Shown: positions 18,129-26,744 of the stretch, in pieces
Numbering within the stretch: position 1 is the first letter of the stretch
Layout of the letters: the number at the start of each line of letters is the position of its first letter
NCBI GenBank assembly: GCA_016839605.1
Contig: JAEOTX010000039.1
Span: forward strand, 1 to 64,000
Origin: Candidatus Thorarchaeota archaeon
GTDB taxonomy: Archaea; Asgardarchaeota; Thorarchaeia; Thorarchaeales; Thorarchaeaceae
Length of the DNA: 64,000 nt
Reading direction: 5' to 3'
Notes under the pieces: generated by a model
Told to the model about the DNA's origin: nothing
The model's database searches: none
What the model saw: only the letters and a program-made list of their open reading frames with translations
Position numbers and translations under genes: made by a program

Positions 18129-19421
18129 CTATTTTCTTCTCTTTTTTATTGAAATTTGCTGCTTTACAGTCACATCGCTGTCTGGTGGAATATCCTGACC
18201 AATCACACATCCAGGAGCGATTATACTGCCCTCACCAATTCGTGTGCCAGGCATCACTGACGCATTAACTCCAATGACAACGTTGTCACCAATGATAGCT
18301 CCTAATTTCTTGATGGGAACCTCGACTTCTTCATCACCAAAATGCAACTTGATTGGTTTATCACCTGGTCGCCAGTTCCACATCTGAGCTCCCGCCTCAA
18401 TGCAAGAGTCTCTCCCAATAATTGAATCACCGACAAATGTCATCCTTCCAACCATTACTCTGTCAAAGATCATTGAATTCCTCATCTCAACTGCATAGCC
18501 GAGATGAACGCCTTCACAGAGACTTGAATAGTCGCGCACAAGAGAATTGTTGCCAACATAGACATTCTTACCTATGTATACAGGCCCTCTGATTGTCGCT
18601 CCTGGTCTAATGATACTGCCTTCATCAATGAAAACAGGACCTTCTAGAACCACATTCTCATGAATCTCGGCAGACTCTGCAATGAAGCTGCCTTTTCCCT
18701 TCAGCTCTCTATCCATCACAATTCTGTTGGCACTGAGAATATCCCATGGCCAGGTGAATTCAGCCCACTCCTTTTCCCAGACTGCCGCGGTAACAGTCCG
18801 ACCCATTTCAATTATCTTCTCGACTGTATGTTCCATTGTTTCATGCTTTTTAAGGAGTGGAATGACATCAGCCTTGAATACAGTTACTCCGGCAACTGCG
18901 TAGTTGCTCACATACCTGTCTGGCCCGCCTTTCTCGACTAATTTCTCTACAGCTCCATGCTTGCCTATCTTAACGGTGCCAAATTGCTCAGGATTAGAAA
19001 CGAGTGTCACAAGCATGGTGATATCGGAACTCATAGAGCTGTGATTCGAAAGAGTCCGTTCAACCATCTCGGATTCAACAAGTACATCCCCGTTGACAAG
19101 CAGGAATTCCTCTTCTCCCTCAAGTTCAGCTTTAGCTTGCAGAATTGCGTGCTCCACGCCCTTTTGCTCATGCTGGATGACATATCGAATTCGGACGCCT
19201 TGATCCCCGCCCATCTGGAAATGGTCGATCAATTGCTCGCGGCCATGTCCAACCACAATTACAATGTCGCGAATTCCATTGTCTTTCAAGCTGTCAATTA
19301 TGTACTGCAAGACAGGCCTTCCCGCTATCATCAGCATTGTCTTTGACCTGCTGGAAGTGAGAGGCCGCAGTCTAAGCCCTTGACCAGCTGTCAGAACGAG
19401 TGCTTTCATGGATACAACCAC
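18129..19421 (-). CDS. Sugar-1-phosphate nucleotidyltransferase with left-handed beta-helix (archaeal GlmU-like)
   Basis: LTAGQGLRLRPLT, VNGD, hexapeptide repeats, KLGAIIGDNV. Confidence 0.9.
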   Translation of the reverse strand: MVVSMKALVLTAGQGLRLRPLTSSRSKTMLMIAGRPVLQYIIDSLKDNGIRDIVIVVGHGREQLIDHFQMGGDQGVRIRYVIQHEQKGVEHAILQAKAELEGEEEFLLVNGDVLVESEMVERTLSNHSSMSSDITMLVTLVSNPEQFGTVKIGKHGAVEKLVEKGGPDRYVSNYAVAGVTVFKADVIPLLKKHETMEHTVEKIIEMGRTVTAAVWEKEWAEFTWPWDILSANRIVMDRELKGKGSFIAESAEIHENVVLEGPVFIDEGSIIRPGATIRGPVYIGKNVYVGNNSLVRDYSSLCEGVHLGYAVEMRNSMIFDRVMVGRMTFVGDSIIGRDSCIEAGAQMWNWRPGDKPIKLHFGDEEVEVPIKKLGAIIGDNVVIGVNASVMPGTRIGEGSIIAPGCVIGQDIPPDSDVTVKQQISIKKRRK

Positions 19422-19469
19422 ATCTTATGAAGAAGTACCTTGGCATAAAACTTTGGTTGGTAACCCAGC

Positions 19470-20198
19470 TCAAGGCGCCTTGAGGGAGAAGTATATCCTT
19501 TGCTTCCCAGCACCAACATTTTTGCTCTTCCCTATCTGGATTGCGCCAATCTCACGAGTATTTGCAACATGAGTGCCAGCGCATGAAGCAGCATCATAAT
19601 CTCCGATAATGAGAACCCTGAACTCGGTAACACTAGCCGGAACCATCTCAAGGTAGCGAGTTTGGTATCCACGCTCATTGAGGAAAGAGATTGCCTCATC
19701 ACGAGGCATCATTCGAGTGTCAACATCCAATTCTCTAGCAAAAATGGCATTGACTCCCTCCTCCACATCACGCTTCAAAGCATCATCGAATTTGTGCATC
19801 GGCGTGAAATCAGCTCTGCTTCTCTTGGGTTTTATCATGTTTCCCACAGTTATGAGGTCATATTTCAGCTGCAAATACCGAGAGAGAAGATGCTGAGCAG
19901 TATGAAAACGCATGCATTCGTATCTAAATTCCCAATCTAAAGCGCCATGAACCTTTGTGCCAGCTTTAAACGGAATGGGGTCATTTGTGAAATGTCGTAT
20001 CTCTCCTTCGACTCTCCTGACCTCATGTATCCCTAGAGATGTATCTTCAGATGAAAGACTTCCTCGGTCACTGCTCTGTCCTCCCCCCAGATAGTAGAAT
20101 GCGGTCTGGTCTAATACAAGATAATCATCAGCCACCTTCTGGACAACTGCATCGAATTCCCGGAGATAGTTGTCGCTCATGTACAGTAAATTAGTCAT
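19470..20198 (-). CDS. alaX: Alanyl-tRNA editing protein AlaX
   Basis: LDQTAFYYLGGGQ, MRFHTAQH (HxxxH), CAGTH (CxxxH). Confidence 0.92.
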   Translation of the reverse strand: MTNLLYMSDNYLREFDAVVQKVADDYLVLDQTAFYYLGGGQSSDRGSLSSEDTSLGIHEVRRVEGEIRHFTNDPIPFKAGTKVHGALDWEFRYECMRFHTAQHLLSRYLQLKYDLITVGNMIKPKRSRADFTPMHKFDDALKRDVEEGVNAIFARELDVDTRMMPRDEAISFLNERGYQTRYLEMVPASVTEFRVLIIGDYDAASCAGTHVANTREIGAIQIGKSKNVGAGKQRIYFSLKAP

Positions 20199-20209
20199 TG
20201 GGAAGAGCC

Positions 20210-20752
20210 TCAAGTTCCACTTGACTTTCTAACTCGAAGCCATTCTTCCACAGCAAGGTCTTGTGCTTTCTTGACCTCTTCAGGGGTAAGATCAATATCA
20301 GGAGTCCCTGCAGCAGCATCAATGATGTTCCGAACGTCCTCTTCGGTTCCCTCTTCCTTGAGTCCGGCTGAAACAGCAGATGCGATATCATTTGAAATCC
20401 CTCTTTCAGCAAGGAAACGCGCGAGAGGTGTGTAGGATACGGGGATATATCCAGTTTCAGTGGAGGGTTGAAGTCCAACGGATTTCATCTCAGTCTCAAA
20501 CATATCTGTGATGATTGATTCACGTGATTGTACTTCAGGAACTTTGACGGCACGCTCCTTATCCACATCACTAATCATCCTCTGCATCTTACCTACAGCT
20601 GACGACCTAGATGGCCCCCGCCTACGTCTAATAGCAAATACAGCTATAGCTAGAAGGATGAAAAACAATACCAGATACTGGAACATCGGGTCCATGAAGA
20701 GATCGATCAATTGGTTCAGAATCACGTCAATTTGCATGAATGGACACTCCAC
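20210..20752 (-). CDS. Hypothetical protein with single N-terminal TM anchor
   Basis: Hydrophobic helix followed by RRRR; soluble helical C-terminus. Confidence 0.6.
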   Translation of the reverse strand: MECPFMQIDVILNQLIDLFMDPMFQYLVLFFILLAIAVFAIRRRRGPSRSSAVGKMQRMISDVDKERAVKVPEVQSRESIITDMFETEMKSVGLQPSTETGYIPVSYTPLARFLAERGISNDIASAVSAGLKEEGTEEDVRNIIDAAAGTPDIDLTPEEVKKAQDLAVEEWLRVRKSSGT

Positions 20753-20828
20753 CTAGACGGAAGGCCTTCTGAAAGGCTTCACTGCCAAAGGTCAACTTTA
20801 AGGTTTCCCCTATGCAGGTAGGCTAGAA

Positions 20829-21962
20829 TCAGCCCTTGGAAAAATGACGGGCGATTTCCAAGTAAACATCAACAGATTGAACCAATTGGTCAACCTCTAT
20901 GAACTCGTTTGGTTGGTGAGCCTGTTCTATGGAACCCGGACCACAGATTATATTCAGAATCCCAATTTTAGGTTGAAGTACAGAACAATCAGTTCCATAT
21001 GTTGCGCTGGTGGGCGTAGGTTTTACTCCCGTGATTCTAGTCACCGCATCCATACTGACTGATACGATCTCTGATTCGTACGGTGTCACAACCGCAGACT
21101 TACCGTGAATATATTCCACTTTAGCTCGATTTGAGAGGCCCGCAGACTCAAGTCTCTTATTCATTGAAGCAAGAATGCCCTCAGGGGATTGTCCTTTAAC
21201 AATTCGCATATCAAGTCGGGCCTCGCACATATCTGGTACAACATTGACTTTGACACCACCCTGGATAAGACCAATGCTTAGAGTCTGCGTTCCTAGCAAG
21301 GCGTCTTCCTCATAGTCATAATCAGAGTCTGTGAGTACTTCAAGTGCTTCAACGCACAACTCAATAGCATTGATGCCTTCCTCTGGTCGAGAACCATGAG
21401 CAGCTTTTCCCTCTGTGACGAGACGGGACCAGAAGATCCCTTTCTCTCCTACAAGAACATTGAGAGATGTAGGTTCAGCACAGACACCGAATTGAACTCC
21501 CTCTAACTTACCACTCTTGGCGACTTCTTCAGCTCCTGTGCAGCCGCTCTCCTCATCAGAAGTAGCGAGCATTAGAAGAGGAGTGGTATGGCCTTCATCA
21601 CTATATTGAATCATAGCTTCAGATAGAGCAGCTACTGGCCCCTTCATATCTGCGGCACCCCTCCCATAAAGCAGACCATCAATGATTTCACCTCCAAAAG
21701 GATCATGCTTCCATGACTCCCTAGGCCCAGCCGGGACCGTGTCCATGTGTCCGTGAATCACAAGAGGTCCCTTCTCTGCCTCTATAGTTGAGAACAAGAG
21801 ATTGGGCCGCTTACTAGGACCTATGGAAACACAGGAGATGCCATGGTCTTCCATATGAGACCGAAGAACTTTGGCAACTTCAGCTTCACCGCCAGGCGGG
21901 CTTTCTGAGTTGGTTGCGACTAGTTCTTGGGTTAATGATATCAGTCTGCTTTTGTCTGTCAT
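20829..21962 (-). CDS. M20 family metallopeptidase/deacylase (ArgE/DapE-like)
   Basis: HGHMDTVP, YGRGAADMKG, DEE, AEPT, AHGS, QAHQPNE. Confidence 0.92.
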   Translation of the reverse strand: MTDKSRLISLTQELVATNSESPPGGEAEVAKVLRSHMEDHGISCVSIGPSKRPNLLFSTIEAEKGPLVIHGHMDTVPAGPRESWKHDPFGGEIIDGLLYGRGAADMKGPVAALSEAMIQYSDEGHTTPLLMLATSDEESGCTGAEEVAKSGKLEGVQFGVCAEPTSLNVLVGEKGIFWSRLVTEGKAAHGSRPEEGINAIELCVEALEVLTDSDYDYEEDALLGTQTLSIGLIQGGVKVNVVPDMCEARLDMRIVKGQSPEGILASMNKRLESAGLSNRAKVEYIHGKSAVVTPYESEIVSVSMDAVTRITGVKPTPTSATYGTDCSVLQPKIGILNIICGPGSIEQAHQPNEFIEVDQLVQSVDVYLEIARHFSKG

Positions 21963-22053
21963 GGGACCACCTGCCTCGAGCAATACTGTCTAGGCTAAGA
22001 AGATTCCTGAAATGCAGAAAGTAGCTTCTTAAGGAATGAAATCAATACAAGGA

Positions 22054-22127
22054 TGGCAGTTCGATGAGGCGGTTACCCCTGTCTGAGCATTCGCGATGAC
22101 GACCCAAGAGCATGCTGAGATCTGCCA
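22054..22127 (+). ncRNA. Box C/D guide sRNA
   Basis: Terminal stem TGGCAG(22054)/CTGCCA(22127); C box CGATGA 22062; 15-nt guide; D' CTGA 22083; C' CGATGA 22094; 15-nt guide; D CTGA 22115; TATA-like CTTAAG ~22028. Confidence 0.82.
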
Positions 22128-22176
22128 CTATTTCTGACAAAAGAAGTGTAGGCTGAGACCATTTTTGGTTGGTTTT

Positions 22177-22350
22177 CTAATTCCCCGTCACAGGGCTCAT
22201 CAGGAGTTTGTTGCGCTGAATTGTCACTCCGTAAGTTTGTCCCTCATCGTCTTCAACTGAAACTGCGGCCCCTTGCAAGAATACACGGACGCGTTTTCGC
22301 AGTCTACGTCCCGGTAGATCGCGGATGTTGATGACACAGGTCTCAGCCAT
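22177..22350 (-). CDS. Small hypothetical protein, 57 aa (below ORF-track cutoff)
   Basis: MAETCVINIRDLPGRRLRKRVRVFLQGAAVSVEDDEGQTYGVTIQRNKLLMSPVTGN; GGAG SD; TATA TTATATAC at 22433-22440. Confidence 0.6.
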   Translation of the reverse strand: MAETCVINIRDLPGRRLRKRVRVFLQGAAVSVEDDEGQTYGVTIQRNKLLMSPVTGN

Positions 22351-22593
22351 TTCAGGGAACTCCGACGGATGTATGTGGTGGTCGCGGCAGCCTGATAGGG
22401 ATGCAAGACTTACTCTATTCCTAGGAATTCAAGTATATAACCGAGATTTGCGTATTCAATCCTGTAGAGATGTCCAGAACTTGAGCTAGAAGCCATTTTA
22501 AGGAGGGGTCATGAAATCTTTCCCAAATCGGGATAGAAGGTCATACAGAAGTAATACACCGCACTATGCAAACTTAACAATCGGCCAACCTAT

Positions 22594-22794
22594 TCAGGGG
22601 TCTCGTTTCAGACTCTTACCTGATGACAGAAGCTTGGCGTAGAGATTTCCATTCCTTCGAGAAATAGCTATGAACTCCGATTCAACTTCGACGACAATCT
22701 CCTCATTCTCATTAATTAGTGTATACAGGTTTTGATTGTCCATGTCCCGCAGGATTCTTTGTAGGTCTTCGGAGTAATCCTTCTCCATTTGCAT
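22594..22794 (-). CDS. Small hypothetical protein, 66 aa
   Basis: Protein-like composition; TTAATAA TATA-like element ~22862-22868. Confidence 0.6.
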   Translation of the reverse strand: MQMEKDYSEDLQRILRDMDNQNLYTLINENEEIVVEVESEFIAISRRNGNLYAKLLSSGKSLKRDP

Positions 22795-22896
22795 TCCGCC
22801 ATTGCATCGTAGTGTGGTGGTTCTTGTAGATGGAACGGTGCAGCCTTCGTGGTCTAACCCATTATTAACTCCTTTGCTGGCATGTTTGCTATAGTT

Positions 22897-24375
22897 TCAC
22901 GGATTATATGCAAATGGATGTCTTGCGGATTCTTTTCGCTGAATAATCTCCTCTACAGTTTGCCGTCCCTCAAACGCTCTTCTAATTGCGAAGCGAACAG
23001 CACGGAAGTTGTTGATATGGACTCGTTTTGGATTCACTGCGTTGGGATGAACGAAAGCGTTCACAGCAATGACAAGATCGGGAATAAGCTCCTCAGGGAT
23101 TACTCCATCGGTAATCGTACGTTTAATTGCATCAGCAACCGCTCTCTGAGCGACTTCCATGACCATTTTCTTCTGCTTCTCACTCGTTATTGTCACCGTA
23201 GGTGCAAAAACTGTAAGAGGATCAAGGTCCTTGATAACATTCGATGAATGAACGCCCTCAACAATTTTTCCAGCATTATCCAATGCAGTACTGAGCGGGC
23301 CATCTCTGACGCCCATAATGAGATCGACATGTGCCACCTCCTGACCTTCACCGGCTAAGGCCTCACCATGAAGCAATGTCAGGTCTTCTACGACATCAGG
23401 AACTAAGCCAACTGCCTTTGGATAGCCTTCGGCAATTAATTCTCGATCACCCATCCTGAAAGCTACAGGTCCACGCTGTATCAATTGGAGGTCTTCAAGG
23501 CAAGTCCGAAGTTCATCGATGTCTTCATACCTCAATGAATCGCTCTCCTGTAGGGGGCGTCGAGCTGGTCCAACTGGAATACCCATCATATTCAATCCAG
23601 CCTTGATAGCTAAACCTCCCCCTCGATTGACAAAGATTCTAACTGTCTTCTGAATGCTCCGTTGAATTATCAGAGCCTCCTTGAGGTCTCCAGCAGCTAG
23701 CGCTGCCTGCATCTTGACATATCGATCTGGAAAGATGTTCGCACTGGCTAGAATTGCGCCATCGCATCCAGAAGCAAGTGCCGGGAGTGCCACCTCATCG
23801 TGTCCAACCATGACCTGAAACTCCTCTGGCTTGCGAACAAGAACTGTTGTCAGGTGCACGAGATTGCCGCTTGAATCTTTCAGACCAACGATATTCTCAA
23901 TCTCTCGTAGGCCATCGATAACCCACCAATCAAGCATGACCCCAGTTACCTGAGGGATGTTATACACGATAATGGGAATCTCAGATGAATTTGCGATCTT
24001 CTCAAAGTGCTCGTATATTTCCTTCGTCGAGGGCTTGAGGAAGTATGGTGTGACAACTAGTGCTGCAGAAGCCCCGAACTCAGCTGCTCTTCGCGTCAGC
24101 TTGATTACATCATTAGTATAGGCGGCACCAGTACCAGCTACCACTGGGACTCGTCCACCAGCAGCTTCGCAGGCTATTCTGATTGCTTCAACCTTTTCCT
24201 CGAACCGCATGCTGGTGAACTCACCTGTTGTACCGCATGGAACTAGTCCAGTAGCTCCCTTTCCGATTGTATAATCGATTAAGCCACGATACTGCTCCTC
24301 ATTGACGCCATTCTCATCGAATGGAGTGACTAGAGCAGGATATACTCCTTTGAATCGATAGGTGTGACTCGCCAT
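22897..24375 (-). CDS. DapA/NAL-family class I aldolase fused to C-terminal formaldehyde-activating enzyme (Fae) domain, copy 2
   Basis: GTTGE, YNIP, Schiff-base LKDSSG; C-terminal GEALAGEGQEVAHVDL...AFVHP...AIRRAFEG...ARHPF matches Fae. Confidence 0.88.
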   Translation of the reverse strand: MASHTYRFKGVYPALVTPFDENGVNEEQYRGLIDYTIGKGATGLVPCGTTGEFTSMRFEEKVEAIRIACEAAGGRVPVVAGTGAAYTNDVIKLTRRAAEFGASAALVVTPYFLKPSTKEIYEHFEKIANSSEIPIIVYNIPQVTGVMLDWWVIDGLREIENIVGLKDSSGNLVHLTTVLVRKPEEFQVMVGHDEVALPALASGCDGAILASANIFPDRYVKMQAALAAGDLKEALIIQRSIQKTVRIFVNRGGGLAIKAGLNMMGIPVGPARRPLQESDSLRYEDIDELRTCLEDLQLIQRGPVAFRMGDRELIAEGYPKAVGLVPDVVEDLTLLHGEALAGEGQEVAHVDLIMGVRDGPLSTALDNAGKIVEGVHSSNVIKDLDPLTVFAPTVTITSEKQKKMVMEVAQRAVADAIKRTITDGVIPEELIPDLVIAVNAFVHPNAVNPKRVHINNFRAVRFAIRRAFEGRQTVEEIIQRKESARHPFAYNP

Positions 24376-24380
24376 TTCAA

Positions 24381-25808
24381 TCAACTCCATATCTGAGATA
24401 GAGCAGCCTTTACTGCATTTTCAGCAGCGGCTCTGATTACTCTGCGTTCGCGCGTGTTCATGTCAATGTCCATAGCCATCAATACTACATCGCTCGTCAG
24501 GACTTCATCAGGGATAAGTTCCTTCTCAAGATGATCTGCTATAGCCCGGGCGGCACCAGCTTGAACGGGTCCATAAAAGAGAGAAGCTTGCCTCATGGAT
24601 TCGATTTTGCTAATAGGAAACATTAGGCTTGACGGTTTTACCGGAAGATTCGGTTCAAGAATGACTGTAAGAGCTTCCCGCCCGACCTGAGGTGTGGTCA
24701 ACAGTGTCACAAACGCTCTACCAATTGGGCCATTCTTTGAGCCCGATACCATACTCACCGAAACCTTCTCATTTGATCCTGAACCGTAACTAGTGCTTGC
24801 ATCATCTATATCCAAACCGATTTCACGGAGTACATCTTTGATTTCAATCAACTCAGGTGCAGGATGATCTAGAGATTCAATCACTCCCAGTTTCTCAAGT
24901 TCTAACCGAATTTCCTCTTTGAGTTCCAGTGTCAAAGTCCCACCTGTGTCAAGGGGAATCCTACTTCGTCCTGCTTTGATGCCAATCATCTTTAGTGCGG
25001 CTTTGACTGGCGGCCCTCCTCCATTCCTTGTAACTATCCTAGCAAGAGTCTGTGCTTCCTGTTGCAGCTGAGCTGCTCTCTCATGATCGCCAGCCTTCAC
25101 ATGCTCGATAATCTTAAGCCAGATATGTGGGATGATGTTTGCAGAGGCCATAATTGCAGCACTCGCTCCAGCGGCAATAGCTGAAAGAAAGCACTCGTCA
25201 TGTCCAATTAGGACTGGAATTATGCCCTTCAACTTCTGAATTAGTTCAACAGTATGACCAATATTCCCACCACTATCTTTGATTCCAACAACATTGTCGA
25301 GCTCGGCCAAGTCTTCTACTACGTTTGAGTTCAGGACACCTAGAGTGCATTGAGGAATATTATACAAGATTATTGGCAAATCTGCTTTTCGTGCAACTTC
25401 AGCATAATGATCATAATATCCCTTGTCTGCAGGCCTCAGGTAGTAGGGAGAAATAATCAGTGCTGCATCGCAACCAATATCAGCTGCATACTGAGTGAGT
25501 GAAACAGTTGCCCTAGTGCTATTTTGGCCAGTACCCGCGATAATGGGGACTCTTCCATCAACATACTCAACAGCAAGCTTGAGAAGCTTCTTACGCTCCT
25601 CTGTTCTCAGATATGAGAACTCCCCGGTTGTTCCAGCTGGTACGACTCCGGTCACTCCTTTTCCGATGGTAAAGTCAATTACCTGTTTGAATCCTTCTTC
25701 AAGGATGTCCCCATCCTTGGTGAATGGTGTGACCAGAGCAGGCATTACTCCTTTTGGAACGAATCTCTTGCCCAACAGTTTCACCCTTGAATAGTGCGTG
25801 GCTGGCAT
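24381..25808 (-). CDS. DapA/NAL-family class I aldolase fused to divergent Fae domain, copy 1
   Basis: GTTGE, YNIP, IKDSGG; C-terminal KNGPIGRAF...ILEPNLPVKP...QASLFYGPVQAGAARAIAD matches the Fae core. Confidence 0.86.
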   Translation of the reverse strand: MPATHYSRVKLLGKRFVPKGVMPALVTPFTKDGDILEEGFKQVIDFTIGKGVTGVVPAGTTGEFSYLRTEERKKLLKLAVEYVDGRVPIIAGTGQNSTRATVSLTQYAADIGCDAALIISPYYLRPADKGYYDHYAEVARKADLPIILYNIPQCTLGVLNSNVVEDLAELDNVVGIKDSGGNIGHTVELIQKLKGIIPVLIGHDECFLSAIAAGASAAIMASANIIPHIWLKIIEHVKAGDHERAAQLQQEAQTLARIVTRNGGGPPVKAALKMIGIKAGRSRIPLDTGGTLTLELKEEIRLELEKLGVIESLDHPAPELIEIKDVLREIGLDIDDASTSYGSGSNEKVSVSMVSGSKNGPIGRAFVTLLTTPQVGREALTVILEPNLPVKPSSLMFPISKIESMRQASLFYGPVQAGAARAIADHLEKELIPDEVLTSDVVLMAMDIDMNTRERRVIRAAAENAVKAALSQIWS

Positions 25809-25857
25809 CTCGCATATAAACTAGGGGTTGCAAACTGTAGCTTATATCCCGAATATA

Positions 25858-26319
25858 TCACGAAGGAGACCCAGACTCCCAGGAGGATGATGGGGGTCTG
25901 ATAATAATTGGTGTCAATAATAAGGCTAGTAATGCAACTAGCGGAATAGGAGTGAAAGTGATTAGAGGTCCGCTGCTGGTGAGGTATCCAATGACAATAA
26001 AATACCCAAACTGCATCAAAAGCAAGATGAATACAACAATGGCATATCCCAGCCTAGTCAAATCCTCCCTAACTATTGAGAAGAACGTCACGCCTGATAC
26101 TATAAGTCCCATTCCCCAAAAGGGCAGGTAATCGATAGTGAGCCCAAGCGGAAACTCGAAGAAAAAGGAGCCTCCTGAATGTGACACGAATGACCAAATC
26201 GGCGCCACAATCCGGATACTTGTTCCACCAAGCAGGCTCTGCTCTATTATGAAATATGGTGCTAGCAGAGTCGCAGTTACTAGAAACAAGGCAATTTTCC
26301 GCGGAAATCCCGGGCTCAT
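25858..26319 (-). CDS. Hypothetical membrane protein
   Basis: About 4 hydrophobic helices. Confidence 0.6.
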   Translation of the reverse strand: MSPGFPRKIALFLVTATLLAPYFIIEQSLLGGTSIRIVAPIWSFVSHSGGSFFFEFPLGLTIDYLPFWGMGLIVSGVTFFSIVREDLTRLGYAIVVFILLLMQFGYFIVIGYLTSSGPLITFTPIPLVALLALLLTPIIIRPPSSSWESGSPS

Positions 26320-26424
26320 TATCCAAACCGTGTATTGACATGGATTTTCAGGATAATAACATTCGTTTCTTGCCAGAAGGGAAATTGCATATGATTTATG
26401 GCTAGGTGTAGCTATGAAGAATGC

Positions 26425-26742
26425 ATGACAGAGTACATTTTGGCGATCACTACATGTCCAAATAGCGACGCTACCGCTCTGGCAAAACGGCTCGTGGAGG
26501 CGAGGGTGTGTGCTTGTGTGAATATTGTCCCTTCAATTAGGAGTATCTACAGGTGGAAGGGCAAGGTCGTAGATGATGAAGAGAGTATTCTTTTCATCAA
26601 GACTGAACGTGCATTTCAGGAAAGCCTCTGGAATGAGATTAGAGCGCATCACTCCTATGACGTGCCTGAGTTTCTTAGCATCCCAATTCAAGGAGGCTCT
26701 CAGGACTACTTGAGGTGGATAACAGAGAACATCACAGGCTAG
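26425..26742 (+). CDS. cutA: Divalent-cation tolerance protein CutA
   Basis: CACVNI, SIYRWKGKV, IKT, HSYDVPE, YLRWI. Confidence 0.93.
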   Translation: MTEYILAITTCPNSDATALAKRLVEARVCACVNIVPSIRSIYRWKGKVVDDEESILFIKTERAFQESLWNEIRAHHSYDVPEFLSIPIQGGSQDYLRWITENITG

Positions 26743-26744
26743 CT

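Noticed and set aside
22068-22082. D' guide as a match to the 23S peptidyl-transferase region (CAGGGAUAAC) or 16S GGGGUAAC
   Set aside because: Recalled consensus sequences give a central mismatch or only ~8 bp; the organism's own rRNA is needed
22224-22406. Track ORF of 60 aa on the minus strand
   Set aside because: Overlaps the 57-aa ORF in another frame; the 57-aa ORF has an ATG, an SD and more protein-like composition
22897-25808. Plain dapA (lysine biosynthesis) annotation
   Set aside because: The DHDPS-specific Arg is missing, both genes carry Fae domains, and no dapB/asd/lysC is nearby
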